Under the pieces are notes generated by a model, which saw only the letters and a list, made by a program, of their open reading frames with translations, did not search any database and had not been told where the DNA came from. Shown here in pieces: positions 16,828 to 25,955 of a DNA stretch of 64,000 bases. The DNA is from Bdellovibrionales bacterium (GTDB lineage: Bacteria; Bdellovibrionota; Bdellovibrionia; Bdellovibrionales; UBA1609), in assembly GCA_016714165.1 (NCBI GenBank), contig JADJNU010000001.1:45130-109129 (forward strand). The letters are read 5' to 3'. A program made the position numbers and the translations under genes. Within the stretch, counting starts at the first letter, position 1. Each line of letters opens with the position of its first letter.

Positions 16828-17907
16828 TTAGGGTTCCCGGACGCCGATTTGGTCAAGTGGGATTTCTCGGAATCCTCGTTGTTGGTTTAGTAGTCGACCC
16901 ATTCCAGGAATATGACCTGACCCAACGATGACAAGTAATGTGTCAAGAGATGGATGTTGCTCAAAGGCCTTGAATAAATTGTTAACCATCGTTTTATTTC
17001 GGCCACGGCCAAAACTAATTTCGAGCGTGTAATGGACCACAAGTGCAACAACATCATACTTCCCTAAAAGGCGCCTCATCCCTTCAGCAAGTGCAAACCC
17101 GCCAACGAGGGCGCCTGCGGTTTCCAGTGCAAGAATTCCGTCACCGGAAGCCAGAGAACTCCCGAGCTCGTCGCAAACGGCAAAACCAATCGCACAAAGC
17201 CACGCGGCTAAAGCTCCGGGTATAGCAACAGAGCCAATGTTTTCGGCTAGGTTAGGCTCATGGCCTTCTTCAAGATTAAAGACCAATGGGCCATTTTTAG
17301 CTTCAACTGCCAACAATTCGATGACCTCAAGAAGTCTTGAACCGGGGATTGTTATGTCGCCCACTTTAACCTGAAATTCGTCGGCTTCGCTCATTGATAA
17401 AGAAGCGAGTCTATTATCTTCGGCGAATTTTTTCAGTTCCTCGAGAAGATTTCGAGTGAAGTCACGGTCTGCGGCGTCTCCGATTGTGCTCCCTTCACTG
17501 AGTTTACCAAAACTAAAGACTTTGAAGGCCATTTGCACGGCATCAAGCGAAAAACTAAGAGCTTTTCCTCCCCAAGTCTTAGAGGTATTGACACCCTCAA
17601 TTCCATAGGCTTCGAATTTTTCGATGACTTGTTTAGCAAGGTCGGAGTTTGCTTTCTCTTTAACATGGGTCTCACCGAGAAACACGACGGCCCTTCGTTT
17701 TCCGTCTACTTCGCCGGAGAAAACGGCGACCTTGTAGTGGCCGTTAATTTTAGCGGCTCGTTGAAGGATTTTGAGTTGGTCAGCTTCCAGTAAGTTTGAA
17801 CAAGCGCCCTTGCTGGAGTGAATATCTTTTTCATCAGCGACACTGACCTGGGGTAAGGCCAAGGCCACAAATAGAAATAAGGTGACTTCTACAGATCTCT
17901 GCAACAT
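16828..17907 (-). CDS. TraB/GumN-like family protein with a signal peptide and an internal Gly-zipper hydrophobic region
   Basis: Early VVFLGETHVKEK and late LLVIVGSGHIPGMGRLL resemble the two conserved His-containing motifs of the TraB/PrgY/GumN superfamily as I recall them. Signal peptide LFLFVALALPQVSVA. Confidence 0.6.
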   Translation of the reverse strand: MLQRSVEVTLFLFVALALPQVSVADEKDIHSSKGACSNLLEADQLKILQRAAKINGHYKVAVFSGEVDGKRRAVVFLGETHVKEKANSDLAKQVIEKFEAYGIEGVNTSKTWGGKALSFSLDAVQMAFKVFSFGKLSEGSTIGDAADRDFTRNLLEELKKFAEDNRLASLSMSEADEFQVKVGDITIPGSRLLEVIELLAVEAKNGPLVFNLEEGHEPNLAENIGSVAIPGALAAWLCAIGFAVCDELGSSLASGDGILALETAGALVGGFALAEGMRRLLGKYDVVALVVHYTLEISFGRGRNKTMVNNLFKAFEQHPSLDTLLVIVGSGHIPGMGRLLNQQRGFREIPLDQIGVREP

Positions 17908-17965
17908 TCTCGAGTTCCCTTTCTTGCTTTTTTGAATAGATAGCGGGTGGTGAATGTGCTACCGC

Positions 17966-19048
17966 CTACCACCAATAAAATGATTCCCCATTGCGGAGAG
18001 CCTCTTGCCCTTTCTTATATGTCACAAGAGCTCGGGAGCATGCGCCACAAGTGATGGGCATTGTCACGAGCTGCACGAGGCCTCCCATGACTCCTCCGAG
18101 CATGATTGTTCCCATAACGGAGTCAACCAGAGTCGCAGTTTGATAGAACCTTCCAAGAGCCAAGCAGACGCCAACGCAGGGGGTAGATAGGGCGTAGGGA
18201 ATAGCAATGATTCTTGCTATGTAAAGGGCTGTATCCTTTGCTGTTGGTGGGCCATGGAGTTCTGGGAGCCCGCGACTGTAATCTTTGCTCTTGAAATCAC
18301 CCGTGTTCGACGCTTGACGCGCCTGAATTCTGTTTTGGCGGGCTTGCTGTTTGGTTTCTTGTCTCTTTTCCAGCCATTCTTGGAGTTTTCTTTGCTGATT
18401 TTTCCGATATTCAACTATTTTTGCTCCAAGTGCATAGAGACTTCGCGCAAGAACTCCTTTTTCAATACGGGGCTCCACTATTGTGTCAAGGCTGGGGTTT
18501 GGCGACGGATGCGCAAGGTCCCCCTCACTCATTGGTGGCTCTGGCTTTCTATCCAGGATGAGAGGAGAAAAAGATGCGGCTCCCTCCGTATTTCCGTCGG
18601 ATGTAAGCCTTTGGATTTCGCTCCTGAGATCCGCGAGGATGTTTGCGTCGCTATTGACCTCTCTTGCCTCCTCGAGCACAGCAAGAGATACTGTCTTCTC
18701 AACTTTTTCAAGTGCGAGGCGAATTGCTTCGAATGTTGCCATCACTTCGGCAGATGACATTGAATAGCCGTCTGAATTTCTGAACGGAGTTGGAGACTCA
18801 GAAACTGGAACGAGGGTAAATCTTTCCGGGTTTTTGAGGGCCTCCAATGCAGCCTGAGCCGCTACATTGTCGTTCTTATCCAGAGCATTTCTCAGCGTCT
18901 TATATGCGAAAAAGCGAATGACATTCCTTTGGTTGACGGTCAATATGGGTCCGCTTTCATCTGATGTCTGAGTTTGAGCAATTTGGAGATTTTCAGATGT
19001 ATGGATCTGGGCGACAACTTTGCTCAGGCGGCCCAAAAGTAATTGCAA
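17966..19048 (-). CDS. Hypothetical protein with two C-terminal Cys/Gly-rich transmembrane helices
   Basis: ORF track. TTG start only. Coiled-coil-like, charged middle region. C-terminus IIAIPYALSTPCVGVCLALG ... IMLGGVMGGLVQLVTMPITCGAC. Confidence 0.55.
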   Translation of the reverse strand: MQLLLGRLSKVVAQIHTSENLQIAQTQTSDESGPILTVNQRNVIRFFAYKTLRNALDKNDNVAAQAALEALKNPERFTLVPVSESPTPFRNSDGYSMSSAEVMATFEAIRLALEKVEKTVSLAVLEEAREVNSDANILADLRSEIQRLTSDGNTEGAASFSPLILDRKPEPPMSEGDLAHPSPNPSLDTIVEPRIEKGVLARSLYALGAKIVEYRKNQQRKLQEWLEKRQETKQQARQNRIQARQASNTGDFKSKDYSRGLPELHGPPTAKDTALYIARIIAIPYALSTPCVGVCLALGRFYQTATLVDSVMGTIMLGGVMGGLVQLVTMPITCGACSRALVTYKKGQEALRNGESFYWW

Positions 19049-19100
19049 GGCCTCTGTTTTTCGGGACTTTTTTGCTCGTCTGAATGAGGTAGAAAAATCT

Positions 19101-19253
19101 TTAAAAAATGGATCTTAGCTCTGAGGCGATTGCGGGGGGTATTTGATTTCCATCAAAAAGTGGATCTCTGGAAACAGCTGCCTTTGCTGGATAGGTGAGG
19201 CCGATGGAAATCGCGAATGCCGCCAGAAGAAGTGCAAAAAAGTTCATTCTCAT
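19101..19253 (-). CDS. Small secreted peptide precursor (50 aa)
   Basis: MRMNFFALLLAAFAISIGLTYPAKA signal peptide, then a 25-aa tail AVSRDPLFDGNQIPPAIASELRSIF. GGAGAGA lies immediately upstream. The track start at 19298 is an extension. Confidence 0.5.
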   Translation of the reverse strand: MRMNFFALLLAAFAISIGLTYPAKAAVSRDPLFDGNQIPPAIASELRSIF

Positions 19254-19281
19254 TCTCTCCGGGTTAAGGATTTTAGAATGC

Positions 19282-19297
19282 TGCGAGCATCGTGCCA
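19282..19297 (-). promoter_or_regulatory. Sigma-54-type -24/-12 promoter candidate (TGGCAC-N5-TCGCA)
   Basis: The minus strand reads TGGCACgatgcTCGCA. GG/GC spacing is canonical. It is about 30 nt upstream of the small-peptide start codons. Confidence 0.45.
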
Positions 19298-19344
19298 AAG
19301 CCTATTTCAAGTAGAATAGGGGGGGAGTGATGAGAAGGAAAAGA

Positions 19345-20595
19345 TTACTTTCCGCTAAATTTTTTTCCGATTCGGGGTATCTGCACTTCAGCGCAGGTTC
19401 CATCGCCGCTGTTATTGGGTTTGTAGAAAATCTTGTACCCTAAATATTCGGTCAGCAATTGAATCTTCAAAAGTCCAATGCCGACGCCTACGCGCCGGTC
19501 GTCATTTTGATTTGAATCGCCAATATTTCTGATTGAATTGAAATGGTGCCTAAATCCGTGATCGCGAAAAATGATAAGGTATTTATCAGGAAGGATTTCA
19601 GTGAGAACCTCAGGTCTGGGATCCGAAAGAGAAGAGCTTTCGTCGCCCTGTTGGCCAACCGATTTTGCTCGGCGCTGATTGGCCTCGCTCGCATTCATCA
19701 AAATCTCTTGAAAAAGTTCGTTAACAAGAACTCGTTCCATCAAGATCGTGAAAGAAGAATTGCTAGGCGAATAATTGACTTGAATTCCTTTCCAACCAGG
19801 AAAGAAAAAAGTGAACAGTGACTCCACATCATAAAATTCTGGGTAGTCCTCCCTTGAATCCATCGCGCGTTGAAATGCACTTTGGATCAGAGTGAGCTCA
19901 AGGCCGGCTCCCACCAAGTAAACCAAATGATTTTGCAGAAAAGAGGCCCGTAATAGGTCAGGACTCGCAACCCTCATTTCGCGAATCAAATCCTGCAAGA
20001 CCATCACTTCGTTTTGAAATGTTATCCAAATCTTCAGAGCTTCTGAATATTGGGCTTGGATTTTGCCAACAGAAAGCGGCATGGTGTTGTAAAAGTAGTT
20101 TTCGCCACTTAAGCTTATTTGTGAGATGTCGCCTTTAAGGTCCTTTTTGGTCTCATCGAGTGCGGTGAGACGAGGCGCCACGAGCCTATTGATCAGCTTC
20201 GATTTGGATTGGGCGAGATTTTGCAAAAAAAGTTGATAGGATTTAATTTGTTGCCGAATTGAATTAAGAATCAGGTTTCCGCGTTTCATTTCAAAATCTA
20301 GAGTGACTGGAGTTGCAATGACGTACCCCTGCCAATCCACTTTTGCTACAGCCCGGTATTGCCTGCTCAGCGCTTCGATTTCTTTTCGACGCTCATGAAG
20401 GGAGCGGACGACAATCTTTATTGCCGCAGACACTGCATATGGGTGCCGAAGTTGTTGAGTGAGATGAAACGCACAGGTCGAATTTGAGCTTCCTGCTTTC
20501 GCGAAGGAAGCTCCCAGGACGATGGAAGCGAGTTTTAAAAAAAGGACCACCCGAAGGCAGAAGATTTTGAAGTGATCGAAGCAAGGCATAACCAC
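19345..20595 (-). CDS. GHKL (histidine-kinase-like) ATPase domain protein with N-terminal signal/anchor and no recognisable H-box
   Basis: N-box-like LFQEILMNASEAN, a degenerate G1 (RDHGFRH) and G2-like GVGIGLLKIQLLTEYLG. The start is 12 nt after the upstream gene's stop. Confidence 0.65.
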   Translation of the reverse strand: MVMPCFDHFKIFCLRVVLFLKLASIVLGASFAKAGSSNSTCAFHLTQQLRHPYAVSAAIKIVVRSLHERRKEIEALSRQYRAVAKVDWQGYVIATPVTLDFEMKRGNLILNSIRQQIKSYQLFLQNLAQSKSKLINRLVAPRLTALDETKKDLKGDISQISLSGENYFYNTMPLSVGKIQAQYSEALKIWITFQNEVMVLQDLIREMRVASPDLLRASFLQNHLVYLVGAGLELTLIQSAFQRAMDSREDYPEFYDVESLFTFFFPGWKGIQVNYSPSNSSFTILMERVLVNELFQEILMNASEANQRRAKSVGQQGDESSSLSDPRPEVLTEILPDKYLIIFRDHGFRHHFNSIRNIGDSNQNDDRRVGVGIGLLKIQLLTEYLGYKIFYKPNNSGDGTCAEVQIPRIGKKFSGK

Positions 20596-20607
20596 TTCAT
20601 AATCAAC

Positions 20608-23373
20608 TTAGGCACTAATAGCAATGGGATCCAACACTGCTATTGATCTGAGTTTGACTGCCTCCCGGTCCGCCGCTGGCACCATTGCTTTCAGTGCCTG
20701 TTCCGAATATCCACCTGTTACATCAGGAGTTCCGAAGCTGCCCGTGCCCGAGCAGGCAAGTCCAAAGACATGGCCGCCACCGCCACCGCCACCGCCACGA
20801 GCTGTGCCGGCCCCTGTTGCATTCCCTCCGGGTCCCCCGGGGGCATAAAGACTCAGGCTCGTAGCAAGGTCCTTTGTGCGGATCACAATTGTGCCACCAC
20901 CGCCTCCTCCTCCTGAGTCATCGTTCGAGACAACTGTATGGCCTCCATTCGAACCGCCAGCTTGAATAATCGATAGCCCAGTTCCACTTGTGCGAAGAAT
21001 TCGTTTTGCACTGATAAGAACGGCTCCACCTCCGGCCCCGCCCTGAGAGCCGGATGGATTTCCTGAGCCGCCTCCGCCACCGAAGAAGATTCGAAAATTT
21101 GGATCACAGCCTCCTCCGCAAAAGAGAGAGTCCAATCCTTGACCGCCTTGGCCACCAGCGCTGGTTCCAGAGGAGCTTCCGCCGTTTCCTCCCGGTCCGG
21201 CCCCGCCGCCGCCGCCGCCGCCATACAAACTCATAGCTCCACCGGCGTTACCCACGTAACTGTTTGTATTGTTATCGCTACCCAAATAGCCAATTCCAGT
21301 TGCGGAATTCGCGGAGAACATCCCCCCTTGAAAACCACTGCCAGCAGACGTGAAAATAAAATTATAATTACCGACATAGGAAAGGTCGTTCAAAACTCTA
21401 AAGGCAATCAGCCCTCCGCCTGCAACGGAAGTCGTCAGTCCCGCTGCATTCATCATAACTACAGAGCCAGCAGCATTGAGTGTCAGGTCATAAAAATTTG
21501 GCACCCGCTGAACGAAAATTCTGCAAACATCTGTTCCTGTTATGACACCAACTGATTGAAGGGCGGTGGAGGATATGGCCGCGCCATTCAACACAAGAGG
21601 GGCTTTTAAAGTGATAAAAGCCGGAGAGGAAGTTGCCGATGCCACTCGATTGAATCCAAAATTGCCCGGCCCAAGTTCGGGTCCGCATCCATTGGCCCCA
21701 CTATCCAATAGAACCATCCAAATGATTTCATCTCCACTTTCAAATTCTGGATATGGAGTATTAATAGGTGAGGCACCTAACCCCAAGGTTCGCCCATCAG
21801 GAGACACTGAGTGCACTTGTCTTTTAGCCATTAGAACTTTTGTGCTGCCGAGAACCGTCGTATCATAGTCTGGACTTGAAATGGAGGAGGAGATCGTGCG
21901 GCTGCCATCCTTTCCTGTTCCAAATTCCTGAACACCGCTGCCGATGTCATGGACTTCTGCGGCGGTTCCTGGAATGAATTTTTCGCCTTGATCAAATGGG
22001 CATATAAAAGCGATGTGATTGTACACGGTGGCTTGTGGAAGGTCTTGCATCAGAAATGACTCGGCAAGTGGGCCACTAAGCCTTGCTGTTTCTGTAAAAC
22101 CAAGAGAGGGAAGTTGGGAACAATCAAAGCGATCCCCTCCGACATGAAAATTGGAACTATTTGGGTCGAATCGTTTGAAAATTTTAACCCCTGCCATAGC
22201 TCCGGGTCCAACAAAAACGCCAGGCAAAAACTTCCAGGAGATCTGTGAGGCACTGATATGAGGCTGATAAAAACTTGTGGCCTGGGTCGGACCATGATTG
22301 CTTGATGCGTGTTGGAAGGCGCGATCAAAGCCAAACAAAGCACTTGTCCAATCTCCTTGAAGCTCATAGTGCAAAAGAGAGAGTTTGTTGACGTAATCTG
22401 TTCCAGATGTGCAGGGAGTCAGGTTCTTGCTGACTCCGCCTCCCACGCGAGAGAAATGCCCGGAGTTGGTGGTGTTTCCAAACCATTGGAGAGGGGTGGT
22501 TCCGGTCGCGTTCAGCCAAGCCTTTTCAAGGCCTAAGGCGTCAGCAGGATCATAGCAAGCGACTTGTGTTGTGGCTCCTGGCCCCGCAAAGCCCAGAAAT
22601 ATACCTCCGGCAGGGAAGAGTTCGTAAGGAGCAGAACCATCATGATTTTTATCCGCATAAAAAGCCGGATACTTCGCGCGAACCATGCGATTGCTCGCTT
22701 GGAAGTCGGGGTGGTTAAAATTAAGTCCAGAAAAAAGGAGCTCTCCCGTCTCTCGAAGCTTATAGTCCAGGGGCGTGGTTTGAAACAAATGCACTTTCAT
22801 CCATCCACCGAGAACAAAAGAGCTATCAACAACCATCGGCGGTCTGTCTGATGGCGGTTTATAGATAAGGTCGAGCCACCCAGTAGGACCTGTGCCATCA
22901 GCTCGCAAATACCGAATTCCCGCCTCTGCACTTTCTTCGGATGAAAAAATTGAATTTACACTTATCTCAACGGCGTTGTCCCCGTTGACGATATTGATTC
23001 CTTTGTCTCCATAAGAGAATGCGGCCCTACCGTCCAAGTCCTCCGATACAATCAATACCTGAACAAGCCTATTTGGACCTGCGTCAACGGGAAGTGCAAA
23101 AATAGCGGGAGGATATTCGGTCTGACCATCTGGGAGACAATGACATGACTCCCAGCCTCCCGTAATTAATTTCGGACCTCCGTGGACATTGATAGCCACC
23201 TTGACTATCTTACCTCCCGCACTTTTAGAGGTCGGTCCTTGGCTGTAGAGGTCTGCCATGGAAAGGCTGAGTTTTGTATTTCTCCCGTTGTCACGCGTGC
23301 AGCCCCAAGATGCCGACAATATAAATAGACCAATAACCAACGCTTTGGGACGAACAAAATTTGAGTTTTCCAT
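20608..23373 (-). CDS. Large lipoprotein with a C-terminal poly-glycine solenoid-like repeat region
   Basis: Lipobox-like LSASWGC. The C-terminal 250 aa contain GGGGGGAGPGGNGG, FFGGGGGSGNPSGSQGGAGGGAVLISA, GGGGGGGTIVIRT and GGGGGGGGHVFG. Confidence 0.8.
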   Translation of the reverse strand: MENSNFVRPKALVIGLFILSASWGCTRDNGRNTKLSLSMADLYSQGPTSKSAGGKIVKVAINVHGGPKLITGGWESCHCLPDGQTEYPPAIFALPVDAGPNRLVQVLIVSEDLDGRAAFSYGDKGINIVNGDNAVEISVNSIFSSEESAEAGIRYLRADGTGPTGWLDLIYKPPSDRPPMVVDSSFVLGGWMKVHLFQTTPLDYKLRETGELLFSGLNFNHPDFQASNRMVRAKYPAFYADKNHDGSAPYELFPAGGIFLGFAGPGATTQVACYDPADALGLEKAWLNATGTTPLQWFGNTTNSGHFSRVGGGVSKNLTPCTSGTDYVNKLSLLHYELQGDWTSALFGFDRAFQHASSNHGPTQATSFYQPHISASQISWKFLPGVFVGPGAMAGVKIFKRFDPNSSNFHVGGDRFDCSQLPSLGFTETARLSGPLAESFLMQDLPQATVYNHIAFICPFDQGEKFIPGTAAEVHDIGSGVQEFGTGKDGSRTISSSISSPDYDTTVLGSTKVLMAKRQVHSVSPDGRTLGLGASPINTPYPEFESGDEIIWMVLLDSGANGCGPELGPGNFGFNRVASATSSPAFITLKAPLVLNGAAISSTALQSVGVITGTDVCRIFVQRVPNFYDLTLNAAGSVVMMNAAGLTTSVAGGGLIAFRVLNDLSYVGNYNFIFTSAGSGFQGGMFSANSATGIGYLGSDNNTNSYVGNAGGAMSLYGGGGGGGAGPGGNGGSSSGTSAGGQGGQGLDSLFCGGGCDPNFRIFFGGGGGSGNPSGSQGGAGGGAVLISAKRILRTSGTGLSIIQAGGSNGGHTVVSNDDSGGGGGGGTIVIRTKDLATSLSLYAPGGPGGNATGAGTARGGGGGGGGHVFGLACSGTGSFGTPDVTGGYSEQALKAMVPAADREAVKLRSIAVLDPIAISA

Positions 23374-23581
23374 GCCTAGATTATCGGTAGGCTTGGATTA
23401 CTTCCACAGAGGTCCACCTCGACTTAATTTGAGAATCAAATGATGACGGTCACTTGCTCTTCCTGAATTGAGACTTATGAAGAAAAAATCAATTAAGATT
23501 ATATCAATAGATAATACCAGCCATCGCAAGAAGACTGGTATCAATTAGGCAAACAAACGAAGAACAATACAGAGTCCGAAA

Positions 23582-24214
23582 TTAAGCTTTCCGGGCAGCG
23601 TAATACTCCGTAAACAAACCGGAATCAAATTGGAAAGGAATATGTTCAAGCCCAGGTACGGCCTGCACGATACCCACTTCCGCACCATTCTGATCCTCTT
23701 TTCTGAGAAAATCAGGAATTTCCAGGCGAGGAGCCTGTTTTGCGCGAAGATAAATCTGATTCTCAGCCGCCTTCGTATTTAAGCTCACTTTGGTCCCTGC
23801 CTTTAATACACAAGATCCGACGGTGAGGGGCTTGCCATCAACTAATACGTGACCGTGGCTGACCAACTGGCGGGCTGATCGAATGCTGGGGGCAAAACCA
23901 AGACGGAAAACAATATTATCGAGGCGACTTTCCAGGAGACCGGCCAACTTTGACACCCAGTTGGTACCTGAACCACGCTTTGAGTCGCGAATGAATCGAC
24001 GCAGCTGTTTCTCGCGCAATTCGTAATTGCAGCGGATTTTCTGTTTTTCCTCTAAGCGAAGAGCAAAGTCAGAATACTTTCGGCGACGATTGCCGTTTTG
24101 ACCTGGGGGATATGGCCTTCTCTCAAGGGCCCCCGCTTTACCCAAACCAGGAAGTTCAACTCCCAAACGACGTTGAATTCTATATCGCGCTACTTTGCCC
24201 ACTTTTTTGCTCAT
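23582..24214 (-). CDS. rpsD: 30S ribosomal protein S4
   Basis: Collinear with bacterial S4: ARY...PGQNG..RRKYSDFALRLEEKQK, LESRLDNIVFRLGFAPSIRSARQLVSHGHVLVDGK. Confidence 0.95.
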   Translation of the reverse strand: MSKKVGKVARYRIQRRLGVELPGLGKAGALERRPYPPGQNGNRRRKYSDFALRLEEKQKIRCNYELREKQLRRFIRDSKRGSGTNWVSKLAGLLESRLDNIVFRLGFAPSIRSARQLVSHGHVLVDGKPLTVGSCVLKAGTKVSLNTKAAENQIYLRAKQAPRLEIPDFLRKEDQNGAEVGIVQAVPGLEHIPFQFDSGLFTEYYAARKA

Positions 24215-24585
24215 TACCTAAACCTCTTCTTTGAGCGGTCCAATCGATTTATCCCTCTATCCAGAGGGATGCATATACTAAGAAATTTCATAAACATCAA
24301 CGCTCTTTTCCCATTTGGAATGAAAGCATCCAGTATGGAGGGCTTAAAATTCATTTAGGTGAAGGGCGAAAGGCGGAGGCTAATGTGGAAGCCCTTTTGG
24401 GTCAACTCCTGAATTAAGACACAATATTTGAGGCAGGCCTGTCTCAATGATCGACAGAAAACCTCAATTTTACCTATTTTTTGAATTATGAATTTATTTT
24501 AACACGAAGTGTTATAGGATAGAGGAAATCAAGTAACCGATTGAGTAGCAAATGAAGCTATTGGGTGGGTTACAGAGGAGACTAT

Positions 24586-25731
24586 ATGAGGGTACTGGCG
24601 CGTTTGTTGACCCTGATGCTGTTGTTCTTATTGGCTTTGCCATCCTGTGAGGAAGGCGATTCGGTGGTGGTCGATCCAGATGGCGGGGGCGACACCGTGG
24701 TGGATATTGTTCCACCTTATATTCCTCCAGACCCCAGTACTTATGTCTGCGATCCGTTTGAGGAATCAACGGTGGGCGATCGAAACCAGGGCTTGGTTGC
24801 GTCTCTGTTTTACACCTTGCCCGGAGAGGCCCATTATACAAAAGCAGTCGATTATGTCAACAATGCCCACCCCGTGAGCGATGTGAGCCTCTTTTTCAAT
24901 CAGTTAAATGTTCCGACGCGACCCTTTGATCGTGGGTTTATTACCCGTTCCGGAGAAGTCATATCGACTCCACAAGGAGATACCTTATATGAGTATTTTG
25001 GAATCAATTTTCGATCTTATTTAACACTGGAGGAAAGTGATCCAGAAGGACTCTATCAGCTTGCTGTTCTTTCTGATGATGGTGCAGTCCTTCGGATGAA
25101 AGACTCCTCTGGGAACTGGCAGACCATCGTTGATAACGATGGCACTCATCCGACGCGCATGGGTTGTGCAACTGAGCCTGTGGACATGAGGCATGATTCA
25201 TATATCCCTCTTGAATTGGACTATTATCAAGGGCCTCGATACCATATATCTTTGGTGGTCATGTGGCGCCCCTGGAATGGGAGCGCAGCGGATTCTTCCT
25301 GCGGAAAACAAGGCAACGGTTTATTCTTTAATTCCCAAGTTGATCCTCCAGCCCCTCAGGCTGCCTACAATGCTTTGTTGAGCCGCGGCTGGAAGGTCGT
25401 CAGTTCTCCACATTACCGTCTTGAGGCCCCTAACCAAAATCCTTGCAATGAGCCAGCTCCACATGTGGAGGACTATGTTGTATCCAATGTGACTTCAACG
25501 GGAGTTACGGCATCCTGGTTGACGGATATTGCAGCAATAGGAAGGCTTCATGTTACAGAGGTCGCCACGGGTGTAACCACGGTCTACACTAAAAAGGGAT
25601 TCGCCGTGAGACATTCGATGACGGTCAATACTCTTGCTCCAAACACTCTTTATCGAGTGAAGTCTTCCTCTGAATCCGGCTCAGGTTTGATTACAGAGAC
25701 AGACTATGTGGAATTTCGGACTCTCAGATAG
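24586..25731 (+). CDS. Lipoprotein with a PA14-like domain and a C-terminal fibronectin type III-like domain
   Basis: ATG 24586 after GGAG. Lipobox-like LLALPSC. PA14/GLEYA-like segment GINFRSYLTLEESDPEGLYQLAVLSDDGAVLRMKD. Fn3-like tail VTSTGVTASWLTD...LAPNTLYRVKSSS. Confidence 0.75.
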   Translation: MRVLARLLTLMLLFLLALPSCEEGDSVVVDPDGGGDTVVDIVPPYIPPDPSTYVCDPFEESTVGDRNQGLVASLFYTLPGEAHYTKAVDYVNNAHPVSDVSLFFNQLNVPTRPFDRGFITRSGEVISTPQGDTLYEYFGINFRSYLTLEESDPEGLYQLAVLSDDGAVLRMKDSSGNWQTIVDNDGTHPTRMGCATEPVDMRHDSYIPLELDYYQGPRYHISLVVMWRPWNGSAADSSCGKQGNGLFFNSQVDPPAPQAAYNALLSRGWKVVSSPHYRLEAPNQNPCNEPAPHVEDYVVSNVTSTGVTASWLTDIAAIGRLHVTEVATGVTTVYTKKGFAVRHSMTVNTLAPNTLYRVKSSSESGSGLITETDYVEFRTLR

Positions 25732-25955
25732 TGCATGTATACTTGATTGTTGTTCCAAACTCCAAGGGTCCCTGGCTGATCCAAATCCCAGGAATTCAGG
25801 ATCTTCAAACATGCGTCCGGCAGCAGCGCTCCCGTTGGTAGCACTGCACCAAGCCGAACTCGATCCTGAACCCCTGAGAGTTTGATCAGCCGTCTCCGTG
25901 CGTCCTGGATAGGTTCTGTAAACTGTGACCATCTTAGGTTCTTCGGTGCGGTTCC

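Noticed and set aside
20624-21555. Pro/Ala/Arg-rich antisense ORFs inside the Gly-rich lipoprotein gene (20624..20848, 20883..21224, 21054..21236, 21139..21555). The same applies to 35123..35509 and 35436..35702 in the paralog.
   Set aside because: GGN-rich coding sequence automatically yields open CCN-rich frames on the opposite strand and open shifted frames. They have no independent start or RBS context.
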